This document shows, one piece after another, positions 13,101-25,944 of a stretch of DNA of 64,000 bases (position 1 is its first letter; every line of letters begins with the position of its first letter). Both the position numbers and the translations under genes were made by a program. The notes under the pieces are model-generated. The model searched no databases. It saw only the letters and a list, made by a program, of their open reading frames with translations, and was not told where the DNA came from. This DNA is from Tubulanus polymorphus (Eukaryota; Animalia; Nemertea), in contig NC_134025.1 in NCBI RefSeq assembly GCF_964204645.1, positions 27,818,299 to 27,882,298 of the forward strand. The letters are read 5' to 3'.

Positions 13101-16100
13101 AACTGTGAAGACAACGCCGATGCGATGAACACTATTTCCTCTGATACCAGTTCATATGCAAAAATACAGAACGCAAGAAACCAGAAAACATCTTGCGAAG
13201 AGTTATCAAATTTGTGAAGACAATAAAATATTCATAAACGAAAGCGTTGAATGAGCCCCGGAGGTGACACTTGAGCATGTGACTGATGAATACAACCGGT
13301 TCATATCTCACGATATATTCATCACATACAAAACACAAAAAACCTTTAAAACTCAACGCAGAATATGTACACAATCTACGTATCATCATCTTCTTCTTCG
13401 CTTAAAAAACCCGATGGGATTTTAGTTCATTGAAATATAACCGGCTTATACCTGCTTCAACTCCTTCTACATGCCGACTACAGCTTATAACATTCCGTGC
13501 AGACAATTTGGTACAGTACACCCACATATTTTTCTATTTCCTAGGGAGGCATAAAGGGGCATACGAAGAGTGCAGGCAGAGAGGGCGATACGAATAGATA
13601 GACGTAAGATTCTAGTTATAAGATTGTAATAACAAAGAGTAACTGCTCGATGTGATGCGGTATGTGATCTGTGCGTTTCCGTAGCAAATAAAAAACACGC
13701 AAAAACCCAGTAAAATTCAAATAAATCAAGACGAACTCAATATAACGACAAATCTCATTTACTGCAGCAAGTCAGGCCATGGTCTTATTGCTGAACGCTG
13801 ATAGTCTATAAGCGCCATTCCATGAGGACATAATTTTCATGTGATTGTCTAATAAAACTTGCCGAGAAACAAGAAATGACTGATCTGTCAGAAAGCATTC
13901 GCCGATACGAGCCGGACAGCGGAAATAATATAATAGCGACGATCCAAACCATGAAACTAGCACCACAATTACACACATACAACAGATCAAATGAGGCGTG
14001 ATGGAAAACAGTTTAACAGTACAGATTACTGAAACAGAAGGATCATCAGAGTTGACATCTCGAGCGGGGCGCAGTATAGATGTCTCGACAATCTGCGAAC
14101 GCAGCTCGGATGTATGAGATATCGCCTGCTGGAAAAAAAATCTAATGTAACGAAACGGAAGCGTTTCTCGTACGGATATCTCTTATATTGAATTATTAAT
14201 CATTATTCAGAGATTTTTTTGTCGGAATGTTCGCAGAAAATCCTTCAGGCACGAGAAGTCTGAATGATCTAATATATTAGCGAAACTGACAGGGCCACAA
14301 TTGGCTTTCAATAGAGTTCTGACTGCCAGATCTGATCATGAGAAAGTGCGTTCGCCACTCATTGATAACTGTGGTAATGACAGGAGGAAAATGACATCAC
14401 CCGAAGATAATCAAGTTTTCTCGGTCCAGGGAGGTCTTGATGACAGTCAAAGTCAGTAGAAGAGTGCCAAAGAGCATGTATAATAAGATCAATGACATCA
14501 TTCTGTCAATGGCCTATCGACAACAGTAGGAAGACCTGATATCGTGAATGGAATTTTTAGGAGTCTCGAGAACAAACAAGATGATTCGGTTTCGGTAATT
14601 CCGTTAGTAAGATTAGCGCGATCTATTTACCTTAGCTTTATCCCTCATTGATCCGCGTCCTCGTACCATTATTTTACAATTTAAAACGTGCTCTAAAAAC
14701 TTCGCCGTAGTCCCTCGAGGCCCGAGTAACCTTCCGACAAAGTTGAACTGAAAAGAGAAATAGAACGAGATGCGATGAACATAAGACGACTGCAAACATT
14801 TGTTCAACAAGTCCCCGAACCGCGAATGATAGTCGTCTAAAAAAGAGAATCTCTCGCCGTAAGGGATTTACCAGTCACACATAAAAACAGGCACATGCAC
14901 TTTATAGTAATAGCCATGTGACACTAATGATTCAAGTAGTGAAGTTTCACGGTTTCCCTCTGGGGGCTCGCATTAATGACAAGTGAGCAAACACTACAAA
15001 AGTGATCATACTATTCTGTGCAGCCAATCCACAATATCCACAGTTTAGAGCGTATCTTCACCAAAAAGCCTTCGGGACTGGAAGAGTTTATGGTGATTAA
15101 AGGAATTTTAACCCACTGCGCTGAATACAGGTCTTTATTATATAGGACAGTAATGTCTAATTGCACACTGTTAATGAGCCAAGACAAATTTCTTATTCGC
15201 TGAGAGTTCGGTAAGGGTGAATATTTTTCTGTCACATTTACGAAAAATGACATTCTTTCTCTCAAAAATCGATGCATCCATTTGCGAAGAAAATTGATTA
15301 AGAAGATTGTTTGCCGAATCGTGAATCACATAGATTCTATAACTGTAATAGATTTACTAGATCTTCAATTATCTACTGCAATTAACTATTATCTAGTAAT
15401 TGGGTACTAGCAGTTATTGGCTCTGCCTAGTCGGTAGTGTTTAGGAATGTGTAAATAATTCACAACTCGAAGCAGAGCGTGTTATGAATCTGATATGTTC
15501 TTAAAAAATTCACCTTGAATGGAGCAAATATTGAGGAATCAACTGTATCGGGATACATTTATTTTACACAAAATAGCTAAATCAAAAAGCTATAGGCCTA
15601 GAGAGGACCTTTTGATACATAAGCAGTGGCATTCTTCATTGTGTAGTAGTGCTACCAGGCATAGCAACAGGCCGCCAGGAATCCTCGTGTGTCTAGGCAT
15701 GTAGGTCTATTTATGAAGGATGATCCCGTAATAATAATACATTCACTTCAATAATTCACTTTGTGTCAATGATGCACCTCGAGATCTATTGAATAGGCAC
15801 TCGCTGCCCCATACCAACGATTTACAATATTAGGGGGATAAAACTATTGAGAAACCTGTTACTAGTACGGTATGTGTAATAATTAATTCATCACTGTTGA
15901 TCAACCGTAGATTCATAGTTTTCATTCATTTGTCACAGTTGAGCAATCAGTAACACTTCAAACACAAAAACAGGCCCTATCATAATCATTACCGCCGACT
16001 TATACTAATCGGATTTTTTTTTTCAAATTATCGGATCTCCATAGTTACGCCTATCAGTCGCGGGTTAACTTCCGAGGTACTTTTAACACATTTTCACTGT

Positions 16101-18598
16101 CACCGATAACGTCAACTTCAATTTTCACGCCAAAATAGAAAATGCGATAAACAGCGCTTGGGGAAAATTTCACCTTATAAAACCAGATTCAATTATACGA
16201 ACGCTCGGGCTGGGTGGCTTTTTAAAATCGCTTTCATCTTCTCTTCTATCAACTCAGAAACCGGGGAATACTTTAAATGATCTAGCAGCGGCAGGTAAAC
16301 TTTGAGTTGATTTCGTTCAATCGCATTTACGTCAGAGAATCATTGGAAGTGTCCAGTACTTAGACTACTAACTTAAAATAAAATTATTTCAAATTTAGTA
16401 CTGGAAACTTCCAATGATTTTATTTCAAATAAAAGATGCAAGAACTACGGATATAAGAATGTTTTTTTTCTAAGCCAAGTGGAGATACAAATCAACTAGA
16501 ATGAATAACCAGAGGGATTATCTTGTATCTGGCATCGACATTAATACAAACGACATTACTGTTAATGTTATGCCTCGTATTTCGTCACCAAAATAATCCG
16601 CCTGCAACACGATATCATCGACTTCCACTCACCGGCTTCGTTCGTGATAAATCAAGAGTTGCTCAATCCTATCAATGTGTTACCCAGGTAATGATGAATA
16701 TATGAATAAAAATCGAGGATTTAGATTTATAGAATATCTCTTATCATTAGAGCCAGGAATTCTTTTAGTCAACAAAAGCAAGTACTGCGAGCTACTGATT
16801 AGAAAATCAATTCGAATTATCCCCCATTTGTTTCGAAAGTACTAAATAACTTAAGAACCTTAAAAATACCTGAAGATACACCGAGCATTAGCTGGTTAAA
16901 TGAGGATGAATATAAAATACCGGTACTTACATCAGGGTACTCTTTTACTGGGACGTAGACTTTATCTGATAATGTGACAACTGGCCCGGTGGCTGTAGGT
17001 AGCTCAACTTGTTCGATCATATTGGCAAGGAAAATGTGAAATAACTGAAGTCGCACCTTGAATATTTCTGAAATATATAAAACAAATCTTTCACTTCAGT
17101 TTTCTTCTGATTGGTCTGATAGGAGGTTTTATGAAAAGGTTAATCATGATTTCTATTTTCTCAAGGCGCAGAAAGATTTAGGATATTATCAATTACATCG
17201 ACCCAATACATTAAGGTATATGACTAATACATCTGTTTTCAATTTCCTGCCATGTTGAAAATAGTAACAAATCTATGCTGCAATAGACTGTTGAACGCAG
17301 GTGAGGGGTAGCAAGAAGCATTCTATTTCTGTATACACTGCCAGTACAAATCAGTATAGGCCAGCAAAGCTTCGAGTTATAAACTTTCAGTGACACAAAG
17401 CAGCAGACTACTGCATGCCAACACACAACAAAAGTTGTGAAGTACTATACGTGCTTAAACACTCCTTTATAGTTCTTGCTTGAATGATTTCTAATCCCAA
17501 GTCTCAAACGGGCATTATGTCAAAAATTAATGTCATTGAATAGAATGGGGTGGAATGAGACCTAGATATATTGAAGCTTAAAACTTTCTTAAGAAGGTAG
17601 GCTACCCATACATAGGCCTAGGTAGAAAGTATTCAACATTAAACATGGGGGATCTTTTAACAGTAGCAACAGGACGAAACAAGTATTGCTGTATAACTTA
17701 GTACACCACACATAGGCTACAACTTGGAAGTTCAATCAGGCCTACCCCACAATGCTTTCCTCAAGTTACAAGTGCTTAAAAAAATTAGATAGTTTTTCTG
17801 GCTTTAATTTCGAAGTCATGGATAGTAAGTGTAGCAAAGTAGCATGATATTAATATCCCCAGGTTAAAATCATTATCGATAGAGCAGGTGGCTCAGGGGC
17901 AGATCTTAAAAATTAGAAGGCATGGCCCAGAAAAGACATTTCTCTGGGTAAAACAGCCAAGTCAAAGGCCTTTATTGAAATTCTGCATGGTTACGCCCTC
18001 GGGTTAGATATTTTTGTAGACAAACATCCGGAAGTGGCAACTTCTGAGAGTATGAGTGCGAGATTTACAAGTTAAACGATCTCCGTCTTGACGGAAAAGA
18101 TCACTTCGATGGAAAGGCAAAGCCAGGTCTGGACTCCTGAGATCACCACCTAATCCACCCTAGCCTTGCTACCAAACCCATACCAAATTATTGTAAAGAA
18201 ATTACTATTCTTTCAACTTTCTCAAATTCTTCGCTTTCTCAACTTTAGAAAACTTCCAACATTTCACGGGAATGAAGACAAAATACGACGAATAATTCAA
18301 GCCAGGCGACATATAATTCATACTCACCCTCGTCAAGAAGTCGCTCCATGTGTTGGAATACATTTGGAAATGCCTGAATTTGTTTCTTGTCTTTTAGAAG
18401 TTGTTGTAAGTATTCTGGAGTCGTTCTTTCGTCCGGTTGTATCGGAGGAACACTGTTACTGCCGCTACCGCCAGTATTACAACTGTTTTTACCCGTAACA
18501 TTGTTATTTTCTGGTCCCAACTGAGGGGACTGTGGAAGCACCAAATTGTGTAAACCTGTAGAGTTTATAAGATCTTCGACTTGCTTGCGGTTATACAT
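4079..18598 (-). CDS. qki: Quaking/How-like STAR-family RNA-binding protein (QUA1-KH-QUA2), 5' part; downstream exons not found, presumably left of the window
   Basis: Phase-consistent GT-AG exons: 18598-18328 ([34 protein letters not shown]1), 17067-16931 ([14 protein letters not shown]), 14747-14631 ([12 protein letters not shown]...[16 protein letters not shown]), 11690-11547 ([25 protein letters not shown]; not in the ORF track), then 4365-4245 or 4193-4079 (QUA2). Confidence 0.93.
4245..4365 (-). CDS. Quaking alternative QUA2 exon A (divergent)
   Basis: tttttag|CCG...TCAC|gtaagt; 121 nt, phase 0 to 1; [40 protein letters not shown]. Confidence 0.8.
12490..12516. repeat. (CT)n microsatellite
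   Basis: Direct reading. Confidence 0.95.
14603..14616 (-). promoter_or_regulatory. Candidate bipartite Quaking response element in quaking intron 3
   Basis: Transcript strand reads CUAAU-CU-UACUAAC, 15-28 nt after the 5' splice site at 14630. Confidence 0.45.
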
Positions 18599-19294
18599 GT
18601 TGACCCGACTGACTGAACTTCACTAATCAACTATCCCTCTAAGTTTTGTTTATAGACACACGTGCACTCGACTGAGCATGCGTACGGACTATTCCACTTC
18701 GCCAGAAAGGGGTGGTTTTAGGTTCACAGTGAGCAACAAGCTACGACGTGATCTGTCATTAATTAGTCCCCAATTTATAAATCTATTATCATTACCGTAT
18801 ACATAACTGTTGAATTATTCGAGCATTAAAACTTACAATGGCTATTACACAATTGCTCGCTCATCAAAATCTCAACACGCACAAACTCATCTCTGTCCAC
18901 TCATCCTCTCTCAAAGACCCAACTTCTAACTTCCAATCCAAGAAAATCAACACAACAGATAATGCTAAGAAATGCTCAAAAGAGCAATTTATTCGTTCAA
19001 AAAAACCAAGGAAAACATTTTTTGTAACAAAAGTTTTTATTTAAAGATACAGAATATTATCATTTTAAAAGTCTCTTCATCACTAAGCTATCGGACGGAT
19101 TAAAATGTCATTTCGAGTACGGTACACTTTTAAAGCATGCAATGCGTGGACGGATTCTTAAAAAGTCAATCTTCTCATCTCACTTTTTTATCATTTTTAA
19201 CAAGATCTTAAAAGTGTCAAGATAGCAAAATCATGCGCATATTTTCATCATCGGCAAAGTTTTTAAAATGTCACATCCACTCGGGTGATGATGA

Positions 19295-19917
19295 TCAATG
19301 TGGAAATCTGATATCAGATGTAGGTGTATTTACATTACTCGGTAGAGGATCGTCGCGACGTGTGTTTATTTTTGATATCGATTCAGACATTTTTAAAGTA
19401 AAAGGATCGGAGTCGACTGCTGAAAATATCTGACTTCGCGTCTCTGAAATAGACAAGGCACGATTACAATTATCATCCTACGCAAATAAGTCGATGAAAT
19501 CGTGTGAAATTAATGAATACGATTCTCACCGGCAAGTTTTTCAGATTTTGAACTCGTCGCGATATTCTTCCAGACGTCGACATAACTGAAAGGAAAAATT
19601 GTTTGGAATAAGTCTAGAAATAATCAACATAATCCAAATCAATTTAGAAAATCAAAAAATAATCAACCATTCATGAAACACTCAGTCCAAAAAGTAAAGT
19701 CTGAAATGGTTTCCTTGAGTTGGTAGATTATTCATTTTCATCATTGTTTTCTTATAAATCAGGACGATGGGTGTATATTTTAAATAGGACAATGGGTGTA
19801 TATTTTATCTATCACCCCATATCTATTAGGGTATAGGGTGAAATCGTGCGATAAACTACAACTACTAGCTCAAGGAAACTCTTTCAGACTCAATTTTTCA
19901 TTTCTATATTATCAAAA

Positions 19918-19956
<39 letters not shown>

Positions 19957-22870
19957 TCATCTACACGTACTCATCGTAATTTAAACTGGTAGTCCATTCT
20001 AATAATTCATCGACTTCCCATTCCTGTACAGCATCAGTTCCTTCATGTTCAACGGTAGCTATCATTCCAGCAGCAGCGCCATCTATTAGTTCTATAGTTT
20101 CAGGATCATCGACTCGAGATTTCATCATTCCTTCACGATACCTAAACGTTATACAAAATCATACACAGAATGAAGATTGTCTCATACTGAACAGTTTTGA
20201 AAGCCTGAAGCTGTACTCACATCTTTTTCATCCATGATATCTTCTTACGCTTTCTCTTCTTTTCAACTTCTTGTCTTCGGTGCAACTTTAAGAGCAAAGA
20301 AATCAAAACCTCTTTCAAAATGTCTATAATTCTCTTCTAATTCAGTGCAATGAATAAATACCTTATTGTGATGAAATTCTACTTTTTTCTTGGATGATTC
20401 CCAAGTAACTGGATCAGCCATTAAATGCGTAATAAGTCTGTCAGAAACTAGTCTCCATCCATTATTATCCAATCTCTTATACCATCTCTCTCTATCATCT
20501 ACAAATATTTATAACTATCAATTCATAAATATTCCACTAAAATTAGATTTTTTGGAATTCTACTCTTACCCTCAGTTGGACATCTACTTCCTTTGTTGTG
20601 TACATCTTGTGCCATTTTACGTTTAGTTGATGCCCTGGTGTAATCTTTAGGACTGTTTGCGCACAGATCTTGAATAGGACGATGGGTGTATATTTTATAA
20701 TAGATATTTGGTGGAAATCTCTCCTGGAAATATAACAATTTAACAATGTAAAATTGTGTACTTGAAACTACAAAATTAACTGAAGTACATATTTCTTACC
20801 CCGGCAAGTCTGAATTTAATATGTACTCCGGCAGCTGGATCTAGAAGTTTAGCTTCGTTTGGATTTATACAACGTAGCATCATTCCTGGGTCACCACGTG
20901 CTTTGAAGTTGATCAGATCCCGATAATAAGAAAACACTTGCATATCCTACAGAAAATCATTATTTATCGCATGATTAATGAAAAATGTATATCTTCACAG
21001 GTTTCAAAAGACAGACCAATGCTTACTATGTGTCGCCTCCACGAACGCTGTATTTTACAAGCTGCATCGTGTTCGTTCAAATTCGGTGAAATGATGGATA
21101 ATTTTTCCGACGATCGTTGTACGACGACTGAATGGATTGGAACAATCGACGAAGGTTGAGTTATCGCAGACGGAACTTTATACGGACGAACACGACGCCA
21201 CCAATCTTGAATAATATGAGCGCAGAAATCCTCGTAGCTGTAAAATCAATTGATTGACATCAGACGGCAAATCATGTTCGAGTTATGGCACTTACTGTAG
21301 GGCGGGATGAATTAGTTAAGGTTATCTTTGAAGTTGTAATATGCCGTAAACTTGGTCTAACTTGGCAGCATTGGGACAGCAAATATATTTCTGATTTAAG
21401 TTGAAAATCAGTGAAGAAGAATGTTCTCCAAATAAAATTTGTCACTCTTCTTGCGAAAAATTTTTTTCTAGCTTTGACAACCAGTGAAAGTTTACCTTAT
21501 TATCATAGGAGAATCAGCCTCTAAACCCTGGTTCATCATAACTTGAACGTAAGCCTGGTATTTAGCCTGCAATTTTTCTTCCGCGCTGACAGGGGCTTCG
21601 TCCATCTCATTTTGAACCTGTACTCAACAATAGACGTAGGGAGAGAGAAAAATCTATGTATTAGTAGGAGCAATGGTAGATATAACCATACACTGTTGTA
21701 AAAACTGGAATCAAAATATCATCCGCGCATAAATTTACCACCAAAACAAAAGATACTGTGGCTATAAAAGGATACGATTTCATCAACTCTCATCATTCTA
21801 AACATGAATCTAATGTTTGAATTAAGATGAGAATTTCAATGGTAAATACAGTTTCCTTACTGCTAAGATGTCAGTTTCGCTGATACGACTGGGACGTATC
21901 GCTAAAAGCGGGGAAACATTCGCTGCCCAAGATCTCGTCCGTGAGGATCTGCGCATCGAAACGGAATCACGACGAGTGAATCCGCTAGTTCTCGATTCAC
22001 GTCCCGATGAAGACAGCACACTGCTCGAACCGATATAAGAGGGTAAAGGCGATTGAGAGGTAAGACTGCCTTGGGTTCCTTTAGCAGCCAAACCGAGCAT
22101 GTTGTAAAGCCAAACGGAAGTTCGTTTCGGTTTCTCAGCCTACAGAATCAGTATATACTACAACATCCATCCATACAAACATACACACAACGAAGTGTTA
22201 AAGCGAATAAAGCCGATTTAACATTATCAACTGTGAGACCTACTGTATCCGATTTTCCTGCAGATTTTTCTTTAGTTGGTGAACGCACATCTTGAAGGCG
22301 TTCTATATGGTGTTTACTTTCACTATATACAGCTGTGATGCTCGTTTTTGGAGCGACGACATTCAACAATCGACATCTAGAAAATGGTTTATGAGAAACA
22401 AAGAAATCATTTTTTTTGAGTTGATGATCAACTCTCTAGGAAAATGATGTAATTACCTTGTGTTATATCCACGGAAACATCTCTGAATTTCTATTGCGGC
22501 TGATATTTGACCATCTTCAGTGGTAGGAGCTGTTCTAATAAAACTCTAAAATTGAATGAAATAATATAGGAGCAGTTCTAATAAAACTCTAAAATTGAAT
22601 GAAATAATATTCAGACCAAACATTCCAACCAAACATATTTTTTCCAGTATACAGGTAATCCCTTACCAATCTCTTGGTTTTATTGCATGATGCTAGCTTG
22701 TAAATCCTTGCCAAACCAGTTCCCTCTTTAAACCAAACAGAAGTCATTAGATTAAAATACTTTTTTTTATATTACTTATATTGATATTACTTATTAACTT
22801 TAAGGGTACCAGGCTTACCAGGAATTGGAGCAGTATCAAAAATCTTCTTTGCCTTGCTATGGGAAATCAT
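19295..22870 (-). CDS. C11orf65: C11orf65/MFI (mitochondrial fission factor interactor) homolog with IQ-containing N-terminal extension; start codon uncertain
   Basis: Spliced peptides AACKIQRSWRRHI / DMQVFSYYRDLINFKARGDPGMMLRCINPNEAKLLDPAAGVHIKFRLAG / ERFPPNIYYKIYTHRPIQDLCANSPKDY / DNNGWRLVSD / EFHHNK / KKISWMKKMY / EWEVDELLEWTTSLNYD match human C11orf65 as I recall it. Exons are phase-consistent from about 22534 to the TGA at 19295-19297. Exons 5' of 22545 are tentative. Confidence 0.85.
19920..19950. repeat. (TA)n microsatellite
   Basis: Direct reading; source of the spurious IYIYIY ORF. Confidence 0.95.
22524..22609. repeat. 43-bp tandem duplication covering a C11orf65 splice acceptor
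   Basis: TAGGAGC(T/A)GTTCTAATAAAACTCTAAAATTGAATGAAATAATA twice, 1 mismatch. Confidence 0.9.
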
Positions 22871-23454
22871 TTTTGATGTTCAACTATTCAAAAAGAACAA
22901 TTGGTTTAGTAACAACACGAAGGTAATGAATTGTATTTATTACCTTTCTATTTGTATTTATTACCATTCCTATTTATACTGAATTCTAAAACTACCACCA
23001 ATGAGGCTCATTGCACTGCATCCACAAGATGAAATTGCAAATTGGCCGATCTAATTTCTTTTTAGCCAGTAAAACACCTTTTCTGTAGTTTTTTTGTGTT
23101 ATTAGTTCTGACTGCAATGAAACCCCAAGGCTCAAAGGACCACGTAGAAGGGTATATTCGAGTTATGGTAGATAAGAATAGGGCAATTTCACTTAGGCCT
23201 ACGTTACGAAGTTATAAATGAAGGGATCAAGTTTTTTAATTGAATTGAATTGATTGAGAAGCAAGCCAGAAATAGCATCAAAGTCTCCGCACAAGAAGGT
23301 GGAATTAATTTATTTCTATTCTTCGTTTCTTTCAAGATCTGCAATAATTACATGAAGACTTTCGGGATGAACGTTACCGCCCGCTTAGCGATGGGTAACC
23401 GTCGTTTTTTAAAATAAGAAGGAAGATTTTTGACAAGCTGCATTTGTTTACTAA

Positions 23455-23560
23455 ACTCACTTCCGGTATCCCCAGAAACTTGACGCAAGCGCAGTGACGC
23501 GTCAGTGATGTCATAGAGTGGTTTTTATTAGCGGATTCGACCCCGATTTGTGAAAATGAG
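23455..23560. promoter_or_regulatory. Probable bidirectional promoter (C11orf65 / CRYL1 copy 1)
   Basis: Lies between divergent genes; ETS site CACTTCCGG, CRE-like TGACGCAA / TGACGCGTCA / TGATGTCA. Confidence 0.45.
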
Positions 23561-23818
23561 CCACTCGCACATTGCAGTTAGTGTATACTGAATTACACTT
23601 TTGACAGTTGCTTGTATAATAGAAGGTGTGTATCTTAAACCAAAACTATTGCTTGATTATACAGCTATTGACGACGATGACATGTCAATGAAAGCACACT
23701 GTTGCATGATTGATAGGTTTCATCAACCGATTATGCATATATAGCATCATATTTACCATATCATATTTGAAAGAATCGTGATTGAAGTGTCTCAATCCTC
23801 AACCGGTTCCCTTTTTAG

Positions 23819-23975
23819 CACAGGGACTTGTCACAATTGATAGTGAATGAATAAAACCAATATTAATGACCAGGTCCACTATCCCTGTATAATATAAAAT
23901 TTATTGTACAGTTGCAGGGATACTGGTACCCCCATCATTGGTCTCATCCATTATCAATCGTGACAAGTCCCTGTG
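23819..23975. mobile_element. 157-bp MITE with 8-bp TSD (P-element- or hAT-type)
   Basis: TIR CACAGGGACTTGTCACAATTGATA / TATCAATCGTGACAAGTCCCTGTG; exact direct repeat CTTTTTAG at 23811-23818 and 23976-23983. Confidence 0.88.
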
Positions 23976-24327
23976 CTTTTTAGTGTTATTAGCCTTATTT
24001 CTGGTCCTTTTGGGTCACCTTTCCAACTATGTGGCACTGTTGTTATTAAAGAATAGTGTTATGGTTAGGTAAGGTACATAAGCATTAGGGACACCTTAAT
24101 AACTGCAGTCATTCCCTAGAACCTACCGGTAGTCTTCCTACTTAGTCTGGAACGGTTAACCAACCTTGGCCCAAAGTAGCCTTGTGAGGGTCGCCGTCAT
24201 TGTATCTTATCTGACCTGTCCTGGTTCATACTTGATACGATCACATTTCAGTAATAGGTCTTTTTCTATAGAGTTCTTCTTTGGAAGTGTGTGAATTGAA
24301 GACAGATCCGCCACAGGCTAGCAGAAG

Positions 24328-25944
24328 ATGAAGGGTGAAAAGATTTGCATCGTTGGAAGGTGAGGTTTATCAATTGCAGATTTAGATTCACACATTGACT
24401 GGTTGATTCTGTAATTTTTCGATCTTACTAATCTTTTTGCAATGGTACAACTTATTTTTTTTAGTGGATTGATCGGTCGGAGTTGGGCTATGATATTTGC
24501 CTCTGCAGATTATAATGTTGTTTTGTATGACATCTCGGAGTCACAGACAACTAGTGCTATTGAAGATATCAAACAACAGCTACACAATCTGGAAAAGAGA
24601 GGTTATTTAAAGGGGAAAACCAGTGCTGATCATCAATTCAGTTTGATTTCACCTTCAGCTGATCTAGCGGATGCTCTCAAGGGTGCTAAATATTGTCAGG
24701 TGAGACATTTGTTTATGCCGTTAAAAAATGCCATTAATTTACTGATTAAAACTGAAATTCTTTTTCAGGAGTGTGTACCAGACGATTTGGAATTAAAGAA
24801 GAAAGTTTATTCACAAATCGATGAACTAGCTGATGAGACAACTATTGTAGGCAGTTCTTCTAGTTATCTATCATGTTCTTTGATATCTGAACATTTAAAG
24901 CATAGAAATCGAGTAACAATAGCTCATCCAGTAAGTCAAATCTTTAAGCGCCGCCTCAAATAGACGAATAAAGCCAGTTTTTCGAGCTTCTCTTCATATT
25001 TCTTCAGATAAACCCTCCTTACTATGTGCCGCTAGTCGAGCTATCTCCAGCTCCATGGACGGACAAAAGTGTTGTGGAAAAAGCTCGAGAAATAATGACT
25101 GAAATTGGACAAGCTCCAGTTACTCTTAACAAAGAAGTGATTGGTTTTGGTATCAACAGGTTACAAGTTGCACTACTGAATGAATGCTTTCGACTTGTTG
25201 CTGTGAGTTGATTGAAAAAGATGATGACTCTGATATAAACCACATTTCATTGTAAAGAGTATTTGATTTCGTATTCTCAATATATGTTTTTCTTTAAAGG
25301 ATGGTGTTATGAATGTAGCTGACGTTGACACAGTAATGCACAGTGGATTAGGACCAAGATACGCATTTTTAGGGCCCCTAGGCGTGGGTCATCTTAATGC
25401 CGATGGTGAGCATTTGTAAATACAGTAGACTCTACCCAAGTCATATCCGAACTCTCCCCAAGTCGTATCCGATCAACTCGATAAGCGTTCAACTCGGATG
25501 TGTGTTGAAATATTTTTTGTGACACTTTTTAAGAAATACATAACATCCAACTTGGATGTCACACACGTTGGACACATTTTTACTGTCCCAAGAGATCCGA
25601 CTTGAGCGGAGTTTACTGTAATTGAAACACTGCCTCTCATGAATTGATGTTTATATTTTCATACATTTCTTTTCAACTAATAACTTAGAGATTATCATTT
25701 CTTTTCTCTTTCTGAAGGAATGAAATCATATTTTGAGAGGTATAGCACTGGTATGACGAGAACAACTAATTCGTTTGGACCAAACCCGGTGTGGTCTTTG
25801 GAGAGTCCTGGCGCTGCACAAATGATTAAAGAATTAGATGAAATGTTTCCACTTGATCAATTACAAGAACACCGTATGTGGAGAGATAGTAGACTGGCTG
25901 CTTTAGCTAAATTAAAATCTGATATGAATGAGTTGAATAAATAA
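24328..25944 (+). CDS. CRYL1: Lambda-crystallin homolog / L-gulonate 3-dehydrogenase, copy 1 (6 coding exons)
   Basis: MKGEKICIVGS/GLIGRSWAMIFASA (Rossmann GxGxxG), ECVPDDLELKKK, AHP/INPPYYVPLVE, GFGINRLQ, GLGPRYAFLGP, WRDSRLAALAKLK; GT-AG introns in phase. Confidence 0.92.
25423..25618. mobile_element. Tc1/mariner (pogo/Tigger-like) MITE in CRYL1 copy 1 intron 5
   Basis: TA|CAGTAGACTCTACCCAAGTC...GACTTGAGCGGAGTTTACTG|TA; imperfect TIRs, TA duplication; absent from the same intron of copies 2 and 3. Confidence 0.75.

Noticed and set aside
19090-19275. Four loose copies of (GGACGG)ATT(CTT)AAAA.TGTCA in the C11orf65 3' UTR
   Set aside because: Too degenerate and AT-rich to separate from local slippage.
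21296-21390. Candidate extra C11orf65 exon bounded by AG and GTAAGT
   Set aside because: Its only open frame does not fit the flanking phase-2 junction; the neighbouring exons join in frame without it.
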